Shown: one piece after another, positions 1 through 15,249 of the stretch | How the letters are laid out: each line of letters begins with the position of its first letter | How positions within the stretch are numbered: the first letter of the stretch is position 1 | NCBI GenBank assembly: GCA_039096225.1 | Contig: JBBPEB010000015.1 | Location: forward strand, 434,001-498,000 | DNA from: Blastocystis sp. Blastoise | Lineage: Eukaryota > Protista > Bigyra: Opalinata | Reading direction: 5' to 3' | Length of the DNA: 64,000 nt | Position numbers and translations under genes: made by a program | Notes under the pieces: model-generated | Database searches by the model: none | What the model was told of the DNA's origin: nothing | Seen by the model: the letters and a program-made list of their open reading frames with translations, nothing else

Positions 1-95
1 GTATCCATTTGTTTATATTCACTAGAACCAACAACGTCAGAGATAATTTGTCTAATTTTAGGTTGAAGAGCAGGAGAAGCTTCACTGAAAGACAT
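1..95 (-). CDS. Tctex-1-type dynein light chain, 5' end (runs off window)
   Basis: ATG at 95 on the minus strand gives MSFSEASPALQPKIRQIISDVVGSSEYKQMD, resembling the Tctex-1 first helix ([20 protein letters not shown]). Only 31 codons are visible. Confidence 0.55.
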   Translation of the reverse strand, partial: MSFSEASPALQPKIRQIISDVVGSSEYKQMD

Positions 96-1563
96 TTTAA
101 AGACTTTAATACAAATCACAAGAGATATAAGTAAAAAAAGAATTGTTTTTTTGATAAAATATTATTTTTTGGAGATTCTTCTTACTAAGAGGTATTTTTG
201 AGATTCTCTCCTGGTTATTTACATTATTTAATAATATCATCATAATTGTTCTATTTTATTGTCATATAGTATATAGTTGCTTATATACTGATGAAGCAGT
301 CATCTATGATATAATGAGCCTAATTTAGTATGGTATCAATATTATTTTATGTGAGTTGAGGTGTTCAATTCTTTATTAAATATGTTTTTTTAACTGCTTC
401 TTGTATAACATGGTAAATAAGAGAATAGCAGATAATTTCTATTGTTCATAAGTAACAATTTGGGAGACGATTTTTATAAATTCTTGCGACCTATACTATA
501 AAACTCATTATAAATTTATAAAAACAGTCTTCTAACAACTCTATAAGGATTATATATTTATAAATTGATAATTAAATACAATATATCACTTGTTCATTAT
601 TTTCATACATTTTTAACGAGTAAATAGTTATCTAAGTCTTAGAGTCATTCTGAATTTGATGAAAACAAGGATATTAAATGAAATAAACTAAGTATCTTCA
701 TTGAATACTGACTTATTAGATTCTTTTTTGATTTCTTCATATTCTACTCTAATTATTATTTCAATAGAAATAGTCACACATTCTGAGTATTCTAAATTAA
801 TTTTCTGTTATGGAGAATAACTTATGTTTAAAATTTAATATTTTTAACCACCGTTTATAATAAATTATGAACCTATTTTTATTTTAAATTATGATATGTT
901 CGGTGTTACATCAATAAATTTAGTCAATACTTACTTTGTCATGAAATCATTCACTAATTAATGTCAAAATAATTATATAAGAACATTATAATTATGAATA
1001 TCTATTTATCACATTTTATACAAATCAAAATACATACGTAATTGTTTAAATTGTATCGCATTAAACCCAGCAATTGAGTAGATATGGTGTACAATGTATT
1101 ATTTTCTTCATATTTTGTGCTCTACGTCAGTTACTTGATATAAATATTGTAGAAAAGAAGAAAAAGATAAAACGAATATGTAGAATAGAGAGGATTTATA
1201 AATTATATCTCTGTTTTAAGTAATTCTATTCTCTTTTAGGTAAATCATTAAGATGTGGAAATATTTCTTTATGATAAAAATAAGAAATGTTAATGATTGT
1301 ACACGCTTCTCTTTTCCAGAATTCTTTCTAGTTCTCCTGTTTCTCCATATCAGTGTCTCTTTATTTCCTATGATTATTTGAGATTTTGTTTTTGTTTCAT
1401 TTTCTCCAATAATTACTCTACTTCTCTTAACAGGAACCAATAATTTATTCATTATAAATAAAAATGGAAGAAGCAACCAATCTCAATTTTTTTATTTATA
1501 AGGTGTGTTCTATAGACTACAGGTAATTCTTGTATGACTCCTCTTCTGATTAATCTATAAATT

Positions 1564-4500
1564 ATGATGAAGATAAAAGGAACACATACACAGAAACCGA
1601 AAGAAATTGATATTTCAAAAGAAAAGTCTAAATGTTTATTATACCCACCTTCAAATGAGATATGCTACTATTGTCATTCATATCCAACTATTGTAGATCA
1701 AATGGAGTATCTGATTATCCAACTAATTCTTGTTTATTGATAATTATTTAGATGTAAGAACATGGATCCTTTTGTCTATGAAGCTCTTATTGAAAAGGGA
1801 TGGATAAGAAGTGGTAATATCTTCTATAAGTCAACTCCATGTCAACTTTGTCCAGAATTTTCAATTATTATCGATCCATTTTTATGGAGTCCTCGAAAAA
1901 GAGTTCATAAAGCTCTCAAACGTTTTTCAAAACCAATAAAACTAAGTCAAGAGTTGATTTCTTCTCTTCAAGAACCATCAATACCAAATTACTTAAAAGA
2001 ATTGTACTTTCAAGGTAACTCGGGTGAAACATTGAATATAGATGTGCAATTAGTCAATAATCAACTAAATAATTTATTATCAAAAGTAGTAGATCGTTAT
2101 TTAAAAGAAGATGTATGCTATTTAAAGACATCATGTCAAGAAAAAAGGATAATATTTAATCAAGATAAAGATTTACAACCATTATATTTATGTGAAACTC
2201 AAAAAGATAATCAATATGGTACATTTCATAGTTCTCTTCTTTATAAATATTTTAATTCTTTGATTCAATATACAAAATATATTGATAAATGTCCTTTATC
2301 TTCTTTTGATAGTCGAATGAAAACAATTGATAAATATAAACATGTTTTCGATGATGAATCTATGCATTTTGTTCTTGATGATGATGAATATTCTAATTTA
2401 TATAATAAAGATATTATATTCAAAGTGAAAAAATATCTAGAAGAAAATATAGAAAACTTAAAGATATTTCGTTCTATATATTTAAATTATTATCCAAGTA
2501 TAGAGATTCGTGATTATTTTAATTATGAATTATCAGAGACTTTTTGTTTGCTTCTTTATTATGAAATATGTTTAGAAATTATTCTAGATCCATTGTTATC
2601 ATCTTTATTTAAGGTTCCTATTTATTCTGATAAAATCCTATACTTTGAATTTATTGGTCAAGAAAAAGAAGGAGAACCTCATTTCGAAGTATATTTTATT
2701 CTCATTCTATTTACTATATATTCCTTATTTTTTAAAATTATTGAACAATTTTTATTATTTATTATATTGTATCTAAACTTTAATAAAGAATTATATTTAT
2801 ATGTTATTACTCTATAACTTTCTATATTTATCAATATTAGCTACATTCTAATCTATATAGATTGAATATGATAGTTGTATTGTTCAACGTGAAAAATTAG
2901 CTTTATATCGTGATTATGAATATGGAATTCATCACAATAATCTATCCACAAATTATGAAGTAACAACAAGTGATATGGTTTTTAATACACCTTTAAAGGT
3001 ATGTTTTATATATATATATTTTAATTTTGTTTTGCTTTTTGTTTATTATATAAATTATATTAATTTTATTATATTAATTTTATTATATTAATTATTATAT
3101 ATTAATTTTTATTATATTAATTATTGTCATATTTATTTATATATACTATATCTACTATGATTCTTATTTTAGGATATATATGTAAAAAATGATGGACTTT
3201 TTGTTCGACTTGGTTCTTATGTATATATATAAATATTTATTTATTATGTATTATCTACCATATATATATAATTTATTATATGTGTTTATCATTTATAATA
3301 TTAAAAGAATTGAATACATTTATAAAAAATAAATTTTATTATATACATAATACTTATAATCCTCTATATATCTTCTCTAGCATCGTCTCTATTATATGAC
3401 TTATAAATACCATCGTCTTCTTCTTATGGTTGATTGTATTGATATACTACCTTCTAGAGTATTATCAGGATACTGTCTACGTTCCCCGCGGTTTAAAGAG
3501 ATTAATGCTTTACATTTAGGATATATTTCTGGTTATCATGATATTATGCTTGCTAAACAATTGTCGATTAATATGAATAGTCCATTTCTTTGTGATTTCG
3601 GTATATTCTATATTTATAAGATTTATTTATTATTTATTAATATATTATATATAGGTTATTATGTAGCTAGTAGTTCAAAAATGAAATACAAACAAGATTT
3701 TAATGTATATATATAATAATAATGCTTAAATAACATATATAATAATTTAATAACATATATAATAATTTAATAACATATATAATACTTGAATAACATATAT
3801 AATAATTTAGTAACATATATAATAATTTAATAACATATATAATAATTTAATAACATATATAATACTTAAATAACAGATATAATGCTTAAATAACATATAT
3901 AATAGTTAAATAACATAAATAATAATAATCTATATATAGCCAATACTTCTATATATTCCAACACTTCAGAAATGGTATCCATTTGCTCCTCTATATAATA
4001 TTAATAATCAAACAATAATTCCTTCTATCGATACGCCTAAATCTGTTTTTTCTTCTTCTATTTTTCATATATCTCATCTTAATAATTCAAATAAGAATTC
4101 TAAAAATAATGCTAATCATATAAATAATAGTTCAAAACGGTCGAATACTCAATCATCTAAACATAACTCTTCAAGAGTTAGTTCTTTAGATGATTCTATT
4201 CCTTATTCTTCTCTTCCTTGTTCACCTTCCGTAGAACCTTCTTCTTATCTAGAAGATGATATAGTTACAAATAGAGAAATAAGTATAAATCTACTTGATA
4301 CTATAGATAATAATACATGTAATACCACAAAACAATTTAATAAACAATATAATAATACAAATACAAATATATCCTCTTATGCTTGCTATATTAATACTAC
4401 AAATAAACAAATGAATCAATCCAAAGATAATTCCTATTCAGACTCTATTTGCTCTTCTAAACATACATCATATAAACTTCATAATTCTTCATCTTCACCT

Positions 4501-6162
4501 ACATTTCAAAGTATATCAACAATTTCCTCTTTATCTTCTACTATACCCTCTCTTTCTATTAATACAGATTCTTCAATTAATATAAATCAGGATTATGAGA
4601 ATACTTCAAACTCCTATTTATCTACTAATAATGGTGATTGTAATTCTAATAATGATGATTGTAATTCTAATAATGATGATTTTAATTCTAATAATTCTAA
4701 TAATTCTAATAATTCTAATAATTCTAATAATAATTCCAATATTTCTAATAATAATTTCAATAATTTTAATAATTCAAATAATATTTCTAATAATTCTTAT
4801 AATATTGCTTCTTCTAATAATAATACTTCTTCGAATACATGTAATAGCAATATAATTAATACTACACGATCTTATCCTGTTCGTAAAGTGTCTTCGTTAC
4901 CTACTCCTTTAAGCGATATTCAAGAGAGTCCTACTCCTCCTCCTCCTCAAGCTCTACCTCCTCCTCATTCTTATAGACATCCAAGTATAAGTTCTGTTGG
5001 AGATACTATTATGAAAGAATTTAAAGAATATACTTATGATGAAATAGTACATTATATTGAATCCGATTTATTTCCATATAATGGAATACAACCTAGAACA
5101 TATCAACAACTTTATTCTTTATGGCCAAAAGAAAAGAGAATATCTTCATTAACAGAATTATATATACTTTTAGATCAAGATAAAATTACTATGTGTATAA
5201 ATACTATAGATATTCACGCATATACAGATAAAAATTACTTGAGAAGGTACAGTAATCAAGTAAATAGTTTTGATTCTTCTTCTCAACATCCTTCTTTTTC
5301 TATATGTCTGCCTTCTACTACTGTTCCTCCTTATATTTCATCAGGAACTACTCCTCCTTTACCCTCTCCTTATAAAACAACTTATCATACATTATCTAAA
5401 ACACAAAATAATGATGATTCATTTCCTCTTGGAACTATCGAACATGTATTCTCATTTAATAATATCAATCATCTATCTTCACCTAAAGTTAATACTATCT
5501 TTTCTATTAATAATACTACAAATAGTAATATTTATAATATTAGTAGTATTAATAATTCAAATAATATTCTCAATCAATATATACCATCAACTCTCTCTAT
5601 AGACTCTCCAAATGAAAATACTATTACTTCTCCTCTGATTAATAAGAATCATGTAAAATCACCCAATAAACATGAATTACATTTACATGAATATAGTGAT
5701 TCCCATGATTATCGATATGATTATATAAATAATAGTGAAATTACATCTCCTGATAATATAACTACGTTTCTTCATTGTAATAGTTATTATAATACACAAT
5801 CCACAAATAATATAATTAATACTAGTAAATCCAATCATAATTCTTCTTTTTCTCAATTTCCAAATATATATACATCTTTATTTGAAGATAAATCTATATA
5901 TATACAATATCAAGGATGCTCTCTTATTCAATTATATGGTAAACAAATTCTTTCCAAGAAATCAATTTCACACTGTTTTCAGTCGATTTCTCAGTCTATA
6001 CATAATTTCTTTATAAATAAACAAAAGAAAGAAAATTATCTTATCATAGATCAAGATATTCAATCAATTTCTCAATCTAACAATCCTCAATTAATGGTTA
6101 TATTTAAATATTATTTATTAAATTTAGGAAAAGATATTTATGATGAATGCACATTTATATAA
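1564..6162 (+). CDS. ATE1: Arginyl-tRNA--protein transferase (divergent), 7 exons, long low-complexity insertion
   Basis: Spliced product (introns 1707-1751, 2689-2860 and four more) has CYYC, YEALIEKGWIRSGNIFYK, LYRDYEYGIH, GSY-H, DILP, LGYISG and GYYVASSSKMKYKQDFNP..W, matching ATE_N/ATE_C motifs. The C-terminus YYLLNLGKDIYDECTFI resembles the ATE1 tail. Confidence 0.85.
3721..3920. repeat. 20-bp minisatellite (about 10 copies) in an ATE1 intron
   Basis: Tandem unit aataatttaataacatatat with minor variants. Confidence 0.9.
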
Positions 6163-7092
6163 AAATTATTGTTTTTATATAATAATCATGAATTATTTTG
6201 ATACATAAAAACATCAAAATATAATTATTTATTTGTAGTATGCTTGTAATCTGTTATCTATATTTTTGTCTATATATATACGTTTTCATCTGGCTTTTCT
6301 TTATTTCTGAATCGATAAATAAATATTGCTTTCGATTTCATTTGTAACTTATTTGATTTTCAATATATAATTCAATGTTTCTATTCGTGCGTATATATCC
6401 AAGATATTATTTTTCATTTTTCATTGTTTTAAAAGAATATTTTACTTTGTTTCCCTTTCAGCTGCTCTATGATTTATTTTTAATTTTCTTTTTTAACATT
6501 GTTTGATAGTATTATAATAGTGTGATTGCTTTTGTGACATTTTGACCCTAATTCTTTTCTTTTTTAACATTTTCTTGTGCTTGTCTTTGCTTAACAATCA
6601 AAAAAATACTTAATAAATTTGTTTTGTTTATATTAAATACCTATTTAATTACTTTTCAAATATTAGTACTAGTTTTTAAAAATTTTCAATCCATTTTATA
6701 AAAATAAAAACATATTTACTCACAAAAGATAAATAACTTAGTTATAGGTAATTAGTATATAATAATAATAAAACATTAGTTCAAACAATAAAAGAGTTGA
6801 TTTTTATTATGAATTATATAAACTGAAATTTTTATGTACATATGATGAATTAGATCTATGTATAAAATAAAACATAGTAAAACTGGAGAATTACTTTAAA
6901 GCTCTTTCATAAATTAAAAGAAACTGGATGAAAACTTGAAGAACTGAAATAAATTTTTAAGCAAATACTAGATAAAAAAGAGTCATTTTTTATGGTAAAC
7001 AACTAGCAATAAAAAACTACCAAAAATTTCAGCAATTTTTCAAGTAAAAACAAAAAACTCCATTTATTATTCATTTATTAAATATATTCATC

Positions 7093-8771
<1,679 letters not shown>

Positions 8772-9666
8772 TATATATATATTGTAATAATATCAATTTA
8801 GAAATATATTTAAATAAATACTTATATATATCTATTATATATGAATCATAACTATATTTCTACATTCTATAATTATTTATATAAATATTACTATTGAATT
8901 CTAAATCTTGTATCATGTCTATTTATTATATATATTATTCTTATTACTTTTTTTCTTGTTATATACTTTTATTGTTGTCGTGAATGTAATTATTTAATAT
9001 ATAATTTTTACGTACACACATTTTCATTATAAATAAAAATATGTTTTCGTTGTCATTCTTGTTTGCTCCTTTTTTTCTTTTTTATACCTATATCAATAAG
9101 TAAATATCTTCTTTGGTTCATCAGTATATAATCACCTTCTTTTTGTTATACTCAATTTTTTGTTATATCTTTTTTTTTATTGTTTTTTTACAAATAATTA
9201 AAAAAAAATGAACTTTAATGACTTCAAGACTTTCTTTTAAACAATGTTCTCATTAACATTCTATATTTAACTACGTTTTTATCTCACTTTCAATTGTTCA
9301 CATTCTTGATCGATCGTTTCTTCCAACAAGAAATGGTTCTCAATGCTGCTACAACTTTTATATGTATAAAAGAACATATAGTCATGTCTTATATGTGAAA
9401 TATATAATACTCACATTACCATTTCTAGTTTTTATGACACATTTCTAATATTTATATAAAGACAATTAACTGTCGAATCATTCTTAATACTTGATTATCA
9501 GCTGCTTTTAATATATATATAGTAAATTCAAAAAGGTTATTTACTAGATTTTCAAAAAACTGATATATATACCTAGTTTTATTCTATGAGAGAGTCAGTT
9601 TTTTTGGATAATAGAAAATTTATGTATGTAAAATCTTATAAATCTTTTACATAAGTAAAATATAAT

Positions 9667-11825
9667 ATGGAGGCTTCTTATATAAGAAATTGCTACTTAA
9701 GTTCTATTCATAATAGAAATGATAAAGCTCTGTTTTTTAAGAGTTTTTTATCATGTAATGATGAAACCTGCAAGAACTTGCTGAAATCATTATCAAATCA
9801 GTTTGCTGCGATGAATAATTTTGTTGCTGATTGTTCTCAGGAGGAGATTGATTATTTTAACCAACATTTAACGCCGTCTTTACAGTCAATTACAAGAAAA
9901 TATGCTTCTGAAATTCAAACAAGTACTACTCTTCTCTCCCCAGATGACTATCAAAATTTGGAGTACATTGACTCTGTATTAGATGGGTCTCCTTTAGTTT
10001 TACCTTGTGTGCGATTATTAATGTTTATGGAAACACTTCCATCATCTATGCCTCTAACTCAGTCAGCATATCTAAATCGAATTAATCGAAATAATCTTTA
10101 TTATTTCATTGATTTATTAAAACAACGAAATGATGTTGTTTTAGCAGAATCAAAAGAAGTAGAAAACATTCTAGCAACAATTGAAAATCAATATCTATAT
10201 GATTTAGTTAGCTCACTTCTATTTATTGGATTAAAATTCTTGCCTCTTCCTATTCTTATTTATTTCATCTTTATGTCTGGAATGAATAGTAATACTCATA
10301 TTATTTCGTTTATATTAACATTTTTTAAATATGAAAGTAAATCAATTCTTAGCAAGGAATATTATAAACATATTATCCAGCATTTCTACACCGCTTTAGC
10401 TGATAAAAGGAATCAAATTGATATTATGTCTATCTATTACTCTATTACACAAAATTATACATCTAAATATTCTGTAAATATATATTTAATTATAAGATAA
10501 TTTATGTTATTATGTTTATTATCATTATGTTTATTATTATTATTTTATATGTTTTATAGGGTATTAATTATAAGACTTGTTGTGATCAAGATATTAATAA
10601 TTTATGTATATTTGATATTCTTAAAATTCCTACTCAATTCTTTTTACAAAATGGAAATATGTAGTATGTAAACAATTAAAACAAAATAATAGTTATACAT
10701 ATATTTTTTAGTTTAGTCCTTTTTTTTTATATATTAATTGATTATGTATATATTATTTCTATATTATATATAGTAAATTAACACCTGGCGATAAAGAGTA
10801 TTATTTTTACTCTAGTCAAGTTCGTCAATATATTGACAACACATTTTCTTCTATTCCATTTTGTTCAGAACGATTCGATATCTCAAAGAATGAATGTTTA
10901 TCTTTATTAACTACTATTGATACTAGTTTATCTGCTGTATTTAACTCGTATTATCATGAACTTGCAGTCAATAACAAGGACTATTTAGTTCCTTTTAAAT
11001 GTACTGAGAAAACTGAAGAATCTATATTATTTAGAATCGCCTATCAAGTCCATAATCTAACTGAAGTATGAAATATTATTATTAATTATTATTATATATT
11101 ATTATTATATATTATTATTATATATTATTATTATATATTATTATTATATATTATTATTATATATTATTATTATATATTATTATTATATATTATTATTATA
11201 TATTATTATTATTATTATTATATATTATATAATATATATTATATAATATAGACATTAAAGGCAACCGATCTATTCTTGACTTGTGAGAAAATGTGGAATA
11301 CTCTGTATATGAGACTCTTTCAATCTGATCAATCTCTTATTCGAAACATATTTCCATTTAGAATATTCACGGTTTTACTTCCTTATTTCAAGGAAAATAT
11401 TGCTTTAAGAACATGTTTTCGTCATTTAGATCCTAATAATTTTAATAGTATGAAACAACTATTTATGAATCCAGAATTTGAATATGTTTTAGTTAGAGCT
11501 TACATTATGCTTTATACACTTGTATATATATATAGTATTTATTCTAAATATATTTTTATCGTATAATTTTATTATCTAATTATATTGACCAATTCTGTTG
11601 TTACATTTTATATATATATATATAAAGTAATATTCATTTAATATCTATAAATTAATATATATATAGGATTATGAATGTAGTCAATTTCGAGTTTCTGAAT
11701 TATTTCATTTCAGTAAAGTAAATAGAAATGATTATCAATTAACATCATATACAAACTCTTTGAAACTACTTGTTACCAGTAAATTATCAAATCCTTTTCT
11801 TATGAAAGAAATGGATGACCATTTT

Positions 11826-11868
<43 letters not shown>

Positions 11869-12560
11869 TCTCTTTTATTCTATTTTTATTTATTTTTCTT
11901 ATTCAATATATATTATTATATATTATATATAAATAGGGAAAGTATCGAACTGATTATCAAACACGTCAATCCAGACATTATTTCCCTATTATAGCAAGTA
12001 AATCAGAACTCTATCATGGAATTATCTGTATATATTCATTATTATTATATATTTATATTATTTTTTAACAAATTTGTTTTATTCATTATCTTTATATATA
12101 TTATATATATAGGCAAATTAGAAGAAATTCGTTCACTTCTGGAAACCCGTCTTGATGACTATAGAGAAAGTTTATCTATTCAAATAGCTAGTATAAACGA
12201 CTGTATTCAATCATTTAAAGCTAAATCTTGTCCTGTATATATATATATATATATATATTTAATATTATTTTTACTATATATTATATGTTACTCTTCTTTT
12301 ATATAAAATTATAAAATATATAATTCTCTATATATGTATAGGAAACAGTAGAGAATACCAGTGTCTATTATCCATGTTTACCTTACTTTGATATTCCTAT
12401 TTCTATTGATAAAGCTACTTCTTCTTATAGAAATCCTACTGTAAGACATCCTAATTATGAACAATGGAGACAATATGGACAACAACGTGAACTTAATAAT
12501 AATAATTCTCGTCGACCACCTCCAGAATCAACTATGTTCTTAAATGAATTCCATAAATAA
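9667..12560 (+). CDS. Hypothetical multi-exon protein, no recognised family
   Basis: Eight exons join in frame through GT-AG introns and end ...ESTMFLNEFHK, stop TAA at 12558-12560. Confidence 0.7.
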
Positions 12561-13127
12561 ATATATATACTAAATAGTATTATATATATATACATCTATT
12601 TTAAAACATTACTCACATGGATTCTTGTTATAATATTGTCTATTTTATGTTTTTTATATAACTTATTACCTATTCTTTTTTTCTAATTTTTTGTCTTATT
12701 TTTATTTATCTATTTTACTTGTATAATACATTTCATATATTTAAAAAGAAAAATATTGTTCTATTTTTGTTTCAAGTTATTATGGTTTCTTATAATCGTA
12801 TTTTCTTTTATATGTAGTTTCAATTGTTATAATTATTTGAATGATTTTATACAATTAACTTTACAAAAATTATTCTTTTTATTGTTATGACAATTATTAA
12901 TTAATCAATCAAAAATAAAATACTATTTCTTAAGAAAAATGTTCCGAAAATTTTAAAAATTCCCATGAGGTTTTCTTTTCCTAGAAAGACCAAGTTAATT
13001 TTGTTCATCCAATGAAAACACATGAATCAATTCATTCTAGGGAATTTTGTCTATTAAAGAAAACAGTGTTTGTCCCATGAAAAACAAAAAAACAAATAGA
13101 AATTTATTTCATTTGTATATCATTCAA

Positions 13128-14816
13128 ATGAATCGTTATTTCTGTTTCTTATTATTAATTGCTACTTGCAATGCATTCTATATACAATCAGTTAATGGAA
13201 GTTATGTAGATCAAGTATTCATTGTTCGTCAACGTCAACTGATTTCTTTAACTGAAATTAAAGGTACTAATTTAGATGAGGTGAAACGTGTTTCTCTTCA
13301 AAAAGAATGTTCTTACAATGTTTTCTTTGATGGTCCAAGTGAAGTTATGAATATTCATGATGTTTCTGAAGATAAAACTACTGCCTATGTTACATTTACA
13401 ATTATTACAACAGAAGAAATTGGTATTTGGAAAGTTTGTCTTTCTACTGAAGAAGATGGTCCAGATTTTCATAATGATGCACATATTGATGCTGCTGTTA
13501 TTTCAATGTTTCAACTATGTCATACCTTTGGAGCTACAGCAAAAGCTATTCGTAATTGTGTGAAATCATCTGGTGATGTAATTGATCCTAAGAAAGAAGT
13601 TGAATTAATAGCTTCTAATTTTGGGAAACCTAAATGGGCAAATCTTCATGATTATTATATATCTGATGAATATAAGAAAATGAAAGAGATTGAAACTCGT
13701 CCTTTACCTTCTTTTGCACGTAAAGAATGGGATTGGGGTATGAAAGTGATTCCAGGTGGTAAATTTATGATGGGTTCTGATTGTGAGAATGCTCGTACAG
13801 ATCCTGAAAGTGGTATGAGAAGTCCAGGTGAAGGTGAATATCCTTTACGAGAAGCTTCAATTAAATCATTTAAAATGGATCGAACAGTTGTTACTAATGG
13901 TCAATTTCGTGAATTTGTTCGTGAAACAGGATATAAAACTGATGCTGAACAATTTGGATGGTCTTTTGTATTTGAATTTACTATGGAACCGAATATTACA
14001 CGTGAAAGTTATTATACTGTACAGAACAATCCTTGGTGGCATCCTATAAAATATTCTTATTGGAGACTTCCTTATGGTCCTAAAAGTCGTGTACGATATG
14101 AATTAGACCATCCTGTTGTTCATGTATCTTATAGAGATGCTCAAGCTTTTTGTTCATGGAAACATAAACGTTTACCTACTGAAGGAGAATGGGAATGGGC
14201 TGCTAGAGGAGGATTATCTCAAAAGACATTTCCATGGGGAAATGAGTATCCTCATACAAAACCATGGTTAGGAGATCGTGATATTAAACGTACGCATCGT
14301 TGTAATCTTTTCCAAGGTCAATTCCCTTATAATAATACTGTAGAAGATGGATATTATGCTACTTCTCCTGCTCAAGCTTTCTTACCTAATAATTTTGGTT
14401 TATATGGTATGGTAGGAAATGTTTGGGAATGGGTTAATGATGAATATACTATTCATCATGATACTACTCCTTATATACCTGTAAATCCAAAATCTTCCTC
14501 TATAGAGCCATTTGATCAATTACGTCGTAATATAGATAAAAGAGTTAGTAAAGGAGGTAGTTGGATTTGTTTTTATCCTTGTGCACGTAATAGCGCTCGT
14601 CAAGGTATTGATAGTGATAGTTCTGCATCTAATTTAGGATTCCGTTGTGCTAGTGATCTTGAAGAACAAGATATTCAACCAAATTATGAAATTCATCATG
14701 GACAGTTTATAGATAAGGAATCAATTCAAGCAGGTGTACATATTGAATTTGAAGGAGAAACAGAAGGAGAAGCAGAAAAAGGACGTCCTCCTCATCCAGA
14801 TATGTATTATGCTTAA
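13128..14816 (+). CDS. SUMF1: Formylglycine-generating enzyme (FGE-sulfatase) family, signal peptide, intronless
   Basis: The likely start MNRYFCFLLLIATCNA looks like a signal peptide. Motifs: IPGGKFMMGS, AEQFGWSFVF, HPVVHVS, RLPTEGEWEWAARGG, NNFGLYGMVGNVWEW, KGGSWIC, DSSASNLGFRCA. Confidence 0.9.
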   Translation: MNRYFCFLLLIATCNAFYIQSVNGSYVDQVFIVRQRQLISLTEIKGTNLDEVKRVSLQKECSYNVFFDGPSEVMNIHDVSEDKTTAYVTFTIITTEEIGIWKVCLSTEEDGPDFHNDAHIDAAVISMFQLCHTFGATAKAIRNCVKSSGDVIDPKKEVELIASNFGKPKWANLHDYYISDEYKKMKEIETRPLPSFARKEWDWGMKVIPGGKFMMGSDCENARTDPESGMRSPGEGEYPLREASIKSFKMDRTVVTNGQFREFVRETGYKTDAEQFGWSFVFEFTMEPNITRESYYTVQNNPWWHPIKYSYWRLPYGPKSRVRYELDHPVVHVSYRDAQAFCSWKHKRLPTEGEWEWAARGGLSQKTFPWGNEYPHTKPWLGDRDIKRTHRCNLFQGQFPYNNTVEDGYYATSPAQAFLPNNFGLYGMVGNVWEWVNDEYTIHHDTTPYIPVNPKSSSIEPFDQLRRNIDKRVSKGGSWICFYPCARNSARQGIDSDSSASNLGFRCASDLEEQDIQPNYEIHHGQFIDKESIQAGVHIEFEGETEGEAEKGRPPHPDMYYA

Positions 14817-15249
14817 TACTTTGTTATTCTATATCACTAGATAGTTAATCTTAATTTTATTAAACTATCTATTTTATAAATTAGTTTTTTTTTCTAATTA
14901 TTATTAATTTTTTTTGATATTTCTATTTTTTAATGTGATCTCATCATTATTTATTATGTGAATCCTATGGAGAACTAGTTGCTAAAATTAAATTTAATAT
15001 ATTATAGAATTATTCTCATGTGATGTTTTGTTTATTACAGTGAAAACAGATTATTTTTCAATAAATTGATGGTCTATACATGTATCAATGAAAATTTTAC
15101 TAAAAATAAAAGAAAATTAATTATTAAGAAATTTTTAAAGAACAAAATACAGATTTATTCATTTTTTTTTTTAAACTTACACTTATCATTTATTTTATTA
15201 AGCCTATTTAATATAAGATACAGTTCTAAAATAAGATAATTTAAAAACT

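Noticed and set aside
1216-1476. 86-aa minus-strand ORF
   Set aside because: It has no recognisable motif and overlaps what looks like the spliced 5' UTR of ATE1.
3721-3920. CRISPR-like array
   Set aside because: The units are head-to-tail without unique spacers, in a eukaryotic intron; this is a minisatellite.
6097-6127. 31-nt GT-AG intron near the ATE1 end
   Set aside because: The unspliced frame gives the ATE1-like C-terminal helix; splicing would destroy it.
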